Source: Patescibacteria group bacterium (lineage in GTDB: Bacteria; Patescibacteriota; Minisyncoccia; Phycocordibacterales; UBA918). From it: DNA of 64,000 nucleotides. Under the pieces are notes generated by a model that was given only the letters and a program-made list of their open reading frames with translations, was not told the origin of the DNA and searched no databases. A program made the position numbers and the translations under genes. Of the stretch, positions 1 to 8,936 are shown piece after piece; positions within the stretch are counted from its first letter, which is position 1; every line of letters starts with the position of its first letter. The stretch lies in the NCBI GenBank assembly GCA_019750255.1, contig JAIEOU010000001.1, forward strand, positions 36,006 through 100,005. The letters run 5' to 3'.

Positions 1-296
1 CGCTGTAATGAAATTACAAACTTGCGCAACTTGTTTAGCGCCTCAAAAATATTTCTGATTCGCGACAGGTTTAACCATGGTGAAGCGTCTCAAACAATGA
101 TGTGCAGACGAGGAGACCAGGAGTGAAATCGTGAGCCGTACTTTGCGGTACAGTGACTGATCGAGCGACGAAGTCGACAAAGGAGAGAACGAGCGTCGTG
201 ATGAAAGTAATTTTATATTTGCTTTTATCTATGACCGAATGAGCAAAATTTGTATCCTCTTGATACAAAATATACGCGCGTTTTTGGAGGTGCGAA

Positions 297-2363
297 TTAA
301 ATGTCGAGGTTCGCCATCTTAGCATTCGACTGAATAAACGACTTTCGACTCGACACATCGGTACCCATCAAAATATCGAATACCTTGTCTGCCATTTGAC
401 CGTCGTCAATCGTTACCTGCTTGAGGATACGGTTCTCAGGATTCATGGTGGTCTCCCAGAGTTCGTCGGCATTCATTTCACCAAGACCCTTGTAGCGCTG
501 GATGCGTACCTTCCCCACCTTCTTCGCTGTGGCCACTTCTTCCTCAGCCTCTTCCTCCTCCTCGCTCCCCTCTTCTACATTTTCTTCTACTCCCATATCT
601 TTGAGGACGGCAAACTTTTCGTCATCGGTAAAGGCGTAGCGAATATCCTTACCTCGCTGAATTTTGTAGAGCGGCGGCTGAGCAATGTATATGAAGCCAG
701 CATCAAGGAGTGGACGGAAGTAACGGTAGAAGAGCGTGAGGAGGAGCGTTCTAATGTGCGCCCCGTCCACGTCCGCGTCTGTCGCAATAATCACTTTATG
801 ATAGCGTAGACGAGAAATATCAAATACGTCACCGATAGCCGTACCCATTGCAATCACCAAGTTTTTAATCTGTTCAGAAGCGAGCATCTTATCGATACGA
901 GCGCGCTCGACGTTCAGAATTTTCCCTCGCAGCGGCAAAATCGCTTGGGTCTTTCGGTCGCGACCCATCTTCGCTGAACCACCGGCCGAGTCTCCCTCTA
1001 CAATAAAGAGCTCCGAATCTTCTGCTCGCTTACTCTGACAGTCAGCGAGCTTGCCCGGGAGAGAGAGACCTTCAAGCGCCCCTTTACGGAGCACACTGTC
1101 TTTGGCCGCCTTCGCCGCCTTGCGCGCCTTCACCGCAATAATCACTTTGTTGATGATAGCCTTCGCGTCATCCGGATGCTCTTCCAGGTAGGTTGAAAAC
1201 GCGTCGCCAAACACCGACTCCACAGCGCTGCGAGCCTCGACCGAACCGAGCTTGGCTTTGGTCTGACCCTCAAACTGAATCTCGGGCATTTTCACCGATA
1301 CCACAGCCGTAATACCTTCGAGCACGTCTTCACCGGTAAAACCGGCGTCCTTATCCTTTACACTAAAGAAGTTATTTTTCTTAGCGTAGTTGTTGAGCGT
1401 TCGAGTCAGAGCGGTCTTAAATCCAGTTATATGCGTGCCATGTTCGGGATTGTAAATATTGTTCGCAAAGGCACTAATGCGCGGAGAGAGGTCATCCACG
1501 TACTGCAGCGCTACTTCAACCGACAGCACCGCCTTATCTACTTCATTCTTTTCGATGTAGAAAATATTCTTGTGCACTGGCTTTTGATACAGGTTGTTGA
1601 ACGCAACAAGAGAGCGTAAGCCGCCTTCAAAGTAGAAGTGCTGGTGCGGTACCTCAAGCGCCTGATCGGTCAGATACTGCACGCCCCGAAGTTCGAGTTT
1701 CTTTTGTGCCTTGTCGTCGAGCTCCCGAGCATCAATCACCGAGAGATGCATCGCCTTTACGAGGTATGCCTGCTGACGCAAGTGCGCCACAATCTTTTTG
1801 TAGTCGTACGCAATTTCAGGAAAGATACTGGGGTCGGCCTGGAAGGTAATGATGGTGCCCTGGAGTTTTGATGGGCCCACTTTCTTTACCTTGTACTTTG
1901 GTACACCAATGTTGTACTCCTGCATGTGGTAGCCACCATCGCGATGAACTTCAGCAATCACATGGGTAGACAGCGCGTTTACCACCGACACACCCACCCC
2001 GTGAAGCCCGCCTGATACCTTGTAGCCGGTATCTTCACCTCCGAATTTTCCACCAGCATGAAGGACCGTGAGGATGGTTTCGAGCGCTGACACGTTAGTC
2101 TGCTTATGGAGGTCAACCGGAATACCACGGCCGTTGTCAGCGACGCGGATGTAGTTGTCAGGCAGGAGCGTGAGTTCAATGCGGTCAGCAAACCCACCCA
2201 TCGCTTCGTCACGAGAGTTGTCGAAGACTTCCCAAATGAGGTGGTGTAGACCATCGAGACCGGTCGTCCCGATGTACATACCAGGTCGCTTACGCACCGG
2301 ATCAAGCCCTTCAAGAACCGAAATGGACGACGCATCGTAGCTACCCTTCTTTTTCTCTGCCAT
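297..2363 (-). CDS. gyrB: DNA gyrase subunit B
   Basis: GHKL ATPase motifs (LEGLDPVRKRPGMYIG, DNGRGIP, LHAGGKF, SGGLHGVGVSVVNALS), TOPRIM EGDSAGG / PLRGKILN / DADVDG, C-terminal QRYKGLGEM. Confidence 0.97.
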   Translation of the reverse strand: MAEKKKGSYDASSISVLEGLDPVRKRPGMYIGTTGLDGLHHLIWEVFDNSRDEAMGGFADRIELTLLPDNYIRVADNGRGIPVDLHKQTNVSALETILTVLHAGGKFGGEDTGYKVSGGLHGVGVSVVNALSTHVIAEVHRDGGYHMQEYNIGVPKYKVKKVGPSKLQGTIITFQADPSIFPEIAYDYKKIVAHLRQQAYLVKAMHLSVIDARELDDKAQKKLELRGVQYLTDQALEVPHQHFYFEGGLRSLVAFNNLYQKPVHKNIFYIEKNEVDKAVLSVEVALQYVDDLSPRISAFANNIYNPEHGTHITGFKTALTRTLNNYAKKNNFFSVKDKDAGFTGEDVLEGITAVVSVKMPEIQFEGQTKAKLGSVEARSAVESVFGDAFSTYLEEHPDDAKAIINKVIIAVKARKAAKAAKDSVLRKGALEGLSLPGKLADCQSKRAEDSELFIVEGDSAGGSAKMGRDRKTQAILPLRGKILNVERARIDKMLASEQIKNLVIAMGTAIGDVFDISRLRYHKVIIATDADVDGAHIRTLLLTLFYRYFRPLLDAGFIYIAQPPLYKIQRGKDIRYAFTDDEKFAVLKDMGVEENVEEGSEEEEEAEEEVATAKKVGKVRIQRYKGLGEMNADELWETTMNPENRILKQVTIDDGQMADKVFDILMGTDVSSRKSFIQSNAKMANLDI

Positions 2364-2466
2364 ACCGAAATACCACTCTTAAAACCGCTAAAATGACTCC
2401 ACTAGTATAGCAGAAAACCCGGCCTTTTGCGCGGGTTTTCAGCCCATTTATGCATAAAAACTCCCT

Positions 2467-4374
2467 CTATCGAACCTCCCCACCGGCAGCTTGAGCTGCC
2501 AATGCAATAGCAGCCACAAAGGAATCAACCTCCTCTCCAGTCAGGGTGCGGTCGGTCGCTTGGAAAACAAAACGGAAGGCAAGCGAAGTTCGGCCCTCTT
2601 TGGTAAACGTATCAATATGGGTGTGACGCACACACAGGGCGCCCGCGGCCGCGCGTAGTGTGGCGGAAAGTGCCGCAACATCAGTACCCTCTGGCATCCA
2701 GACCGCGAGGTCGCGCGACACCGCGGGGTAGAGCGAGAACGCCTGATAGCGGTTACCTGACGGGGCTGAACTAGCTTCGTACACAGTAGGAACCGGCAGA
2801 GTTGCAAGCAGGTCGGACAGGCGGCACTCGGCCACTCCATGCTCTGAAGACATCCACGAGACTTCGACCCCAAGTGCCATTACTACCGCCTCCTTGGCTT
2901 TTTCTAGCAGCACGTCATCCACCTTAGCCTTGTACTCACTGCCACTACGCACCGCAATTGCCAAGTGATAATACTCTGCGTCAGCTTCAAAGACGGTTCC
3001 AAGTTCAAAAAGCTGAACTGCTGAAAGACCGAGCAAGTCACGGTTCGGCGCGTTCTTCGCGAGCGCCTCGGTGAGGTTCGCCTTAAGCTGACTGCGTAAA
3101 TAGCTCTTGTCGGAAGCGAGCGCATTTTTCAGTCGCACTTCATCATTCTCGCGGAAGGAGCTGGTAAAAATTTCCGAAAAGCCAAGAGTGGTGAGCGCGC
3201 CGCGAATACGCTCGGCGTAGTAGTGTCGGACGTTAATCGCGGCCGCTCGTGTCCCCGTTGGTGGAATAGAAGCGATATGAGTAAGACCGTAGAAGCGGCC
3301 GATTTCTTCGATCACATCTTCGGCAATTACGAGGTCATCACGTTCAAACGGTGGAGTGATCGTGAGCGTACCGTCTGTTAATACATGCTGATAGCCCAGT
3401 CGTCCCATAATGTCGACAACCTCGACAGTGGTGAGCGAAAGTCCAAGGACACTATTTATTTTTGCGAGTGTAACGCTCACTGATGCACGCTCCTCCCTAC
3501 CTTCCCCAGTGCTGGTGTACCCCACGAGCGTGCCGCCGACAAGCTCGGCAAGGAGCTCCACGACTCGTTTCAGTCCTAGTGGCGCGAGGGCACGCGGCAC
3601 GCCGTTTTCGTAGCGCTGTGACGCATCGGTGCGCAGACTGTACCGCTGTGCGGTTTTGCGAACCGACACGCGTTCAAAGTGTGCTGACTCTATAAGGAGT
3701 GTAGTCGTGCCGTCGTCTACTGCCGCCTGTGCCCCGCCCTTTACTCCGGCAATCGCAATTGGGCTATTGTCGGTACCGTCAACTACCACCATATCGACTG
3801 GCGAAAGGGTTACCTCCTCGCCCATGAGGGTAGTGATTTTTTCATCAATCTTAGCTGCCCGCACCCCGACTGAATAGAGCTCACCCACCCTACCGAGCTT
3901 GTCGGCATCGAAGGCATGAAGCGGCTGCCCCATTTCAAACATCACGTAGTTAGCTACGTCGACCACATTATTAATCGGTCGCTGGCCGATAACCTTAAGA
4001 CGTTTCTGCAGCCACTCTGGTGACGGACCCACCTGCACCCCAGTCATAAGCGCAGCGCTATAGTAATCACAGCCTGGTGTTTCTAGGGTAAGGGAAATCT
4101 GGTCGACGGCGGGAGTAAGCTCGGGCGACGCCTGAAGTGGGTCGTGACAAAGCTCGCGACTTAAAATCACACCCACCTCCTTTGCTACACCACGGTGCGA
4201 CAAAAGCCAAGCCGATTTATCAGGCAAGACTTTTACATCAATCACCATATCGCCATCAACCTCAACTACCTCCTCAATTTCTGAAGAATGAAACGTGAGC
4301 TTTTCTTCAAGATCACCCGCTACCGGAAGCGGGTCGGTGAAAAAAGTCTGGAGCCAGTCGTAAGAAACTTTCAT
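2467..4374 (-). CDS. pheT: Phenylalanine--tRNA ligase beta subunit (short form, apparently lacking the B2/OB domain)
   Basis: MKVSYDWL start, B3/4 domain (RPINNVVDVANYVMFEMGQPLHAFD), B5 (DLVIAEDVIEEIGRFYG), C-terminal FDX-ACB (YPAVSRDLA, SLAFRFVFQATDRTL); directly follows pheS. Confidence 0.95.
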   Translation of the reverse strand: MKVSYDWLQTFFTDPLPVAGDLEEKLTFHSSEIEEVVEVDGDMVIDVKVLPDKSAWLLSHRGVAKEVGVILSRELCHDPLQASPELTPAVDQISLTLETPGCDYYSAALMTGVQVGPSPEWLQKRLKVIGQRPINNVVDVANYVMFEMGQPLHAFDADKLGRVGELYSVGVRAAKIDEKITTLMGEEVTLSPVDMVVVDGTDNSPIAIAGVKGGAQAAVDDGTTTLLIESAHFERVSVRKTAQRYSLRTDASQRYENGVPRALAPLGLKRVVELLAELVGGTLVGYTSTGEGREERASVSVTLAKINSVLGLSLTTVEVVDIMGRLGYQHVLTDGTLTITPPFERDDLVIAEDVIEEIGRFYGLTHIASIPPTGTRAAAINVRHYYAERIRGALTTLGFSEIFTSSFRENDEVRLKNALASDKSYLRSQLKANLTEALAKNAPNRDLLGLSAVQLFELGTVFEADAEYYHLAIAVRSGSEYKAKVDDVLLEKAKEAVVMALGVEVSWMSSEHGVAECRLSDLLATLPVPTVYEASSAPSGNRYQAFSLYPAVSRDLAVWMPEGTDVAALSATLRAAAGALCVRHTHIDTFTKEGRTSLAFRFVFQATDRTLTGEEVDSFVAAIALAAQAAGGEVR

Positions 4375-4376
4375 AA

Positions 4377-5090
4377 TTAAAATTGGTTTACCAAACGTAA
4401 GTCACCGTTATACAAGAGTCGTACATCATCAATCCCAAAACGCATAACGGCGAGACGATCAATTCCCATACCGAAGGCATAGCCCTGATACTGCTCTGGG
4501 TCGACTCCAGCGGCGAGTAGCACGTTTGGGTGCACCATTCCGGCACCCATGATTTCAATCCAGCGGCCCGAGAGCTTATTCCCTTCCTGCGGCGCGATGC
4601 GCATATCCACCTCCACGCTCGGCTCGGTAAACGGAAAGAATGACGGACGAAAACGTACTTCGGCCGCCCCCGAAAATAACTTCGAAAAGAAATACTCAAG
4701 CACTCCTTTCATGTGGGCCAGTGACGCATCTGTGTCGACCACAAGCCCTTCAAGCTGGAAAAACTGGGCTTCGTGGGTGGCGTCGGTAGCTTCGTTACGA
4801 AACACCTTGCCCGGGCAAATCATGCGAATCGGTGGTTCGTTTTGCTCCATAAAGCGCACCTGGACGGGGCTCGTGTGCGTACGCATCACCATCTGGTCGT
4901 CACCTTCCAGGTAGAACGTATCTTGCATATCGCGTGACGGGTGGTCCTTGGGGACATTCAACATGTCGAAGTTATAGGCGACAAGCTCACGCTCAGGACC
5001 CTCGGCATAGGTAAAGCCGATCTCGCTAAAGATAGTGTTTATTTCAGCAATGAGCTGTGAGATCGGGTGTCGGTGGCCGGGTAGGTTCAT
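4377..5090 (-). CDS. pheS: Phenylalanine--tRNA ligase alpha subunit (no N-terminal coiled coil)
   Basis: GHRHP, NFDMLNVPKDHPSRDMQDTFY, RTHTSPVQ, RFRPSFFPFTEPS, GYAFGMGIDRL; start placed at ATG 5090 (MNLPG) rather than the ORF start at 5129. Confidence 0.96.
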   Translation of the reverse strand: MNLPGHRHPISQLIAEINTIFSEIGFTYAEGPERELVAYNFDMLNVPKDHPSRDMQDTFYLEGDDQMVMRTHTSPVQVRFMEQNEPPIRMICPGKVFRNEATDATHEAQFFQLEGLVVDTDASLAHMKGVLEYFFSKLFSGAAEVRFRPSFFPFTEPSVEVDMRIAPQEGNKLSGRWIEIMGAGMVHPNVLLAAGVDPEQYQGYAFGMGIDRLAVMRFGIDDVRLLYNGDLRLVNQF

Positions 5091-5097
5091 ACGAATG

Positions 5098-6273
5098 TTA
5101 TTGTGCTGGGATTTCAGTAAATACCTCAACTACCCCTTCGGTCGATGAAGCGTAGATACGGTTACCATCAACGAGAACCTGAAGATTCTCTCCGGGATAG
5201 AGGAGCTGGGTATTTTGCCAAGCTCGATCATCTACCTCAACCACATGAAGGCCGTTCTTAAGATGCATAAGGACCAAGTTGGTATCACTGGGCATAAACA
5301 TAAAATCTAGTACCGGCTGCCCCTTGCGATCAATACGGATATCGGTACGGCACTCACGCCCGAGGTCACCCGGGGCAAACTCAATTGCCTGCGAAAATTC
5401 TTGTAACGTACTTGAAGCGGTACTACTCGCTAGTGCGAGCGCCTCAGCTTCAGCCTGAGCGACCTCAACCGGAGGAATAGCGCAGAAATAGACTGGCACA
5501 TCGCGACCTGTGCCAAGCGCCTTAACAAACACATCCTCACCAGCCTGATAGAGCATTACATCGTTGCTTACGATAGTGGTGGTAGCAAACGCAAGGAGTG
5601 CTGTCGTAGTTGCGCTGGTAGTTGCGAGCGGATTCATCGCTTTAAGCGCCTGTACTTCAGCAAAAAGACGTGCGCGCAGTGCGGTCGTGGAAGCTTGCTC
5701 GGCGAACAATGTGGCGAGTCGTGCATACTCACGGTTAGCGACCAAGGTTGAGGTTGCTCGAGACGTAGTCGCGAAATAAGAAGTAGTAGTCGTTGTAAAC
5801 GAAAATGGTACCGATGTGGTGCTTGCCACCACTACCACCGCAGTACCAGATAGCGTGTTATACGGAGTAACAACACGAACGTGCGGAATAAGTGGCATAT
5901 TAAACGATTCAACTTCAGTCACTATGTGCGGCAGCACATTTAATTCCTTCACCCACGTGTGGGTACCCGGTGCTTGAACGTGCACACGATGAAGACCGGC
6001 ATTGAGTCCTTGAATATAGGTGGCATTACGGAAGGTACGAGCATCTGTCACCGGTGCTTCGTTTACATAAATCATAGCCTCTGGAATATCAACCGTGACA
6101 TACAGTCCACCTGTAGCCGTGATTGAAGGAGAGTCAGACATAAAGTCATAACGGTATCCGGTAGCGTAGAAAATAAAAGCAGGAAGCGAAAGAACAAAGA
6201 AGAGCACCAGAAACACAAAAAAGGCACGGCGGCGGAAGAGTGAGAGCGGCTTAACAAGTGGTTCAGATGGCAT
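5098..6273 (-). CDS. Membrane-anchored PEGA-domain-like surface protein, Thr/Ser-rich
   Basis: N-terminal TM helix followed by FYATGYRYD and TGGLYV...PEAMIYVN...GLHRVHVQAPG..WVKEL (PEGA-like); many ATTT/ASST tracts; start at ATG 6273 just after the upstream stop. Confidence 0.7.
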   Translation of the reverse strand: MPSEPLVKPLSLFRRRAFFVFLVLFFVLSLPAFIFYATGYRYDFMSDSPSITATGGLYVTVDIPEAMIYVNEAPVTDARTFRNATYIQGLNAGLHRVHVQAPGTHTWVKELNVLPHIVTEVESFNMPLIPHVRVVTPYNTLSGTAVVVVASTTSVPFSFTTTTTSYFATTSRATSTLVANREYARLATLFAEQASTTALRARLFAEVQALKAMNPLATTSATTTALLAFATTTIVSNDVMLYQAGEDVFVKALGTGRDVPVYFCAIPPVEVAQAEAEALALASSTASSTLQEFSQAIEFAPGDLGRECRTDIRIDRKGQPVLDFMFMPSDTNLVLMHLKNGLHVVEVDDRAWQNTQLLYPGENLQVLVDGNRIYASSTEGVVEVFTEIPAQ

Positions 6274-6278
6274 AGAAG

Positions 6279-7853
6279 TTACGTGGTTGCGTCGGTGGTG
6301 GTACGCGTTTTCGGTGTGACCCAAAAGCCCATATAGCGACCAAACATAAGACGGGTCTGCGCATCAAGGCCTGGAATGGCGCTAAAAATAATCATTGTAG
6401 CGGGGACCATAATCCATTGGAGCGCGAGGACAATATAGCGCCAGCGACCGCGTTCTTTTGGCCGCGGCGGCAAGAGCGTGAGTGAGATCATTGACGAGAT
6501 AACGAGACCAAACATCGCGAGAATCAGTAGATCGCGCACAATAATGGGCAGGTTATAGGAGAGCACGGTCTGGTGGAAATCGTGCCCGCCGAGGAAAATC
6601 GGGGTCCATCCCAGAATAAAAAGCATGATAGGGTTCGTGACGAGGGACCAATACCCTTCCGCCTGACGAAGCGCAATCGTTATGCGCTTGGTGCGCGAGA
6701 TAGCGTGCTGGTGGCGGAAGTGGTAGAGGATGTAACATAGGTTTTCTACACCATAGGTCCAGCGCCGGTGTTGACGATAAATCTGGCCAATAGTTTTTAA
6801 TAGTGTCGGCGCCGCATTGGCATCCATTGAGACCGGGTACGAAAGGGGTACCACGTCGTACTCGCCATTATTCGCCATCATGAGATTCCAGTAAATGCGT
6901 GAGTCTTCACTCACCATATTGCGCTGCCAGTAGCCAACTTCGTAGAGTGCCTGAAATGACACTGAGTGCGACGAGAAGGTCGCCATGCGCTCGGGGCGTT
7001 CTTGCTGAACCATTTCCCAGAAGGTTGACGACATCGCGACCACTCGAGAAATAGCCGGGGCGTTCCAAATGTTGTTATTGAAAATTGGCACTGGCTGGAA
7101 CGAGCTCTTGAGGGGACGCGCCGCGGTAAGAAAATGCCACACTAAACAATTGAAGTAGTCGGGATAGAGTACCGTATCGATATCAAAAATAGAAACAAGC
7201 GTCTGGTCGTAGCGAATACCATGAGGATCAAGCACTTTAGTGCGCACCTCTTCAGCTGCCCACGATGCATTTGAACCCTTGCCGGCGAGTTCGCCGACAA
7301 TATCGGCCGGGTGCGTGGTCACCAGCACATGTCCAAAGACATCCCCGTACTTGGCTTTCATGGTTGCAGCAATAGCTTGCGCTTCAGCACCTGCCCGCTC
7401 CTCTGTGGCGAGGACTACAATAATATTTTTTTTGTTGTACCGAACTTTCGTGAGCGCCTCAACCGTCGCTTCAATAATTTCTTGGGGTTCTTTATAGAAT
7501 GGCAAAAGCACTACGTGGTAGAGGTGGTCGTATTCAAAGCGCGCGACAAGCGCTTGCCAATCGAGTGACAAGTGGTGACGTAGACGCTTCCAATTATGAC
7601 GGAGATGATACGAAAGGAATGCAGTTTTAAGCAACCAGTAGAGGGCAAAGCCGATAACAAAATAAGCTGCAAAGAACGGGAAATAAATAGAGAGTACTAT
7701 CACTCCGATGAGCGTACCCCATGAGGCAATTCCAGGCAGCATCTCAAGTACACGATAAAAACGCCTGGTATTGCCGGTGAGTTCGGTGGCTCGCCCTACA
7801 TGAAAATCAGGGCGGCGGGCATACGGCAATAAATGATCCTTTGAGGGCTCCAT
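6279..7853 (-). CDS. Polytopic processive-type family 2 glycosyltransferase
   Basis: N- and C-terminal TM helices, LLPFYKE, GKGSN, FDID (DxD), SED and QHRRW (QxxRW) motifs. Confidence 0.85.
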   Translation of the reverse strand: MEPSKDHLLPYARRPDFHVGRATELTGNTRRFYRVLEMLPGIASWGTLIGVIVLSIYFPFFAAYFVIGFALYWLLKTAFLSYHLRHNWKRLRHHLSLDWQALVARFEYDHLYHVVLLPFYKEPQEIIEATVEALTKVRYNKKNIIVVLATEERAGAEAQAIAATMKAKYGDVFGHVLVTTHPADIVGELAGKGSNASWAAEEVRTKVLDPHGIRYDQTLVSIFDIDTVLYPDYFNCLVWHFLTAARPLKSSFQPVPIFNNNIWNAPAISRVVAMSSTFWEMVQQERPERMATFSSHSVSFQALYEVGYWQRNMVSEDSRIYWNLMMANNGEYDVVPLSYPVSMDANAAPTLLKTIGQIYRQHRRWTYGVENLCYILYHFRHQHAISRTKRITIALRQAEGYWSLVTNPIMLFILGWTPIFLGGHDFHQTVLSYNLPIIVRDLLILAMFGLVISSMISLTLLPPRPKERGRWRYIVLALQWIMVPATMIIFSAIPGLDAQTRLMFGRYMGFWVTPKTRTTTDATT

Positions 7854-7999
7854 AGACAGTGCTAAAAGTATACCGCGAACGTGCCCCAAAAACAGGTTCC
7901 CAAACAGGGTTTTTGTGGGGTTATTGAGGGGAGGAGTTGGTTGACTTTTTAAATATATTAATACTTAATGTTTAGTAGGTTCCAACCGAGGAAAAAACA

Positions 8000-8494
8000 T
8001 TGCAGTTTCCTAGCGAACGCGTAAAGTCACGCCTTATGCGTGAAGCATTCCGTACAGTTGCCTTGGAGCAAAGTGTCGGACAACTGGACGTGGAGGAGGT
8101 GTATTCGCTCGTCCGGATTGGTCTGGTACATATGCTCTCCTCCAATACTCCCGTGATGGGGATGACGGAGGTCAAGGGCCTACTCGAAGAGCTTATGCCG
8201 AAGGCAAGAGAGTACCTCGCCGAGGTATCGGCTATTTCCTCGAGAGAGTACCTGCGCAAGCTTTCGGACGCGACCGCTGCCCTCTCTCAAGCGAGCGCAC
8301 GCGCATACGAGACCTGCCAGCTCAAGAAGAAGAATGTCGAAACGTTTCTACGGGTGCTCGACCACTATAGAGCACTTTGCTTCAGAGAAGGATACAATCC
8401 GACAGACATCATCGGAGTAGACACCTTACTACTAGGCCAGCTTGTTGCAGAAGAATTCGAACGCTACGGCGACTCGCTCAATTCGACAGCGTGA
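8000..8494 (+). CDS. Hypothetical helical protein (164 aa)
   Basis: Clean ORF with TTG start, GAGG just upstream and a terminator downstream; no recognisable family. Confidence 0.6.
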   Translation: MQFPSERVKSRLMREAFRTVALEQSVGQLDVEEVYSLVRIGLVHMLSSNTPVMGMTEVKGLLEELMPKAREYLAEVSAISSREYLRKLSDATAALSQASARAYETCQLKKKNVETFLRVLDHYRALCFREGYNPTDIIGVDTLLLGQLVAEEFERYGDSLNSTA

Positions 8495-8520
8495 AAGCCG
8501 TCCATTCGGTGAGACAAGGA

Positions 8521-8561
8521 GCTTCCCCTTCGTCTCGTGCGGAGGGGCGGCTTTTCTTTTT
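8521..8561 (+). terminator. Rho-independent terminator after the 8000-8494 ORF
   Basis: ccccttcg...cggagggg stem followed by a T-rich run (ttttcttttt). Confidence 0.6.
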
Positions 8562-8603
8562 ATTTAAAGCAGCGTCTCTGCGAGGCATGAGGCAGACCAA
8601 CCA

Positions 8604-8688
8604 TCCCGTCTCTGCGATCTTGTGAAGCAGTCCAGAGTTACGATGCCTCATCATGGATTGCTTCGGCTGAGGCCTCGCAATGACGGGA
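8604..8688. repeat. Palindromic REP/RPE-like element
   Basis: Nested imperfect inverted repeats tcccgtctctgcga/tcgcaatgacggga and gaagcagtcca/tggattgcttc, resembling the GTCATTGCGAG...GGATTGCTTCG...CTCGCAATGAC type of intergenic repeat. Confidence 0.6.
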
Positions 8689-8697
8689 GGTTTCAGC

Positions 8698-8844
8698 CGC
8701 CTGTATCTTCGATACACAGCGGCCTCGCTCGGATGTGGCTGGGCAGGGCCGGTGGCACAGAACTAACTCAAATGATTTGACAGAGTACGTGCGCCTGTAT
8801 CTTCGATACACAGCGGCCTCGCTCGGATGTGGCTGGGCAGGGCC
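8698..8844. repeat. Perfect 53-bp direct repeat, two copies (8698-8750 and 8792-8844), 41-bp spacer
   Basis: cgcctgtatcttcgatacacagcggcctcgctcggatgtggctgggcagggcc occurs twice; each copy has an internal hairpin tgtatc-ttc-gataca. Confidence 0.9.
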
Positions 8845-8849
8845 CAGCA

Positions 8850-8909
8850 CAAACTACAGAAAATGGCCGGAAGAAAGTAAACTTTCTTCCGGCCATTTTC
8901 TGTAGTTTG
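8850..8909. repeat. Perfect 29-bp inverted repeat with a 2-nt spacer
   Basis: caaactacagaaaatggccggaagaaagt - aa - actttcttccggccattttctgtagtttg. Confidence 0.95.
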
Positions 8910-8936
8910 CTCGCTTCGCTTCCACATCGCTCGCAT

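Noticed and set aside
71-358. 95-aa ORF after gyrB
   Set aside because: It overlaps the end of gyrB, has no recognisable features and covers a probable non-coding element.
8698-8844. CRISPR array
   Set aside because: Only two repeats, 53 bp is long for a CRISPR repeat, and there are no cas genes in the window; kept as a plain direct repeat.
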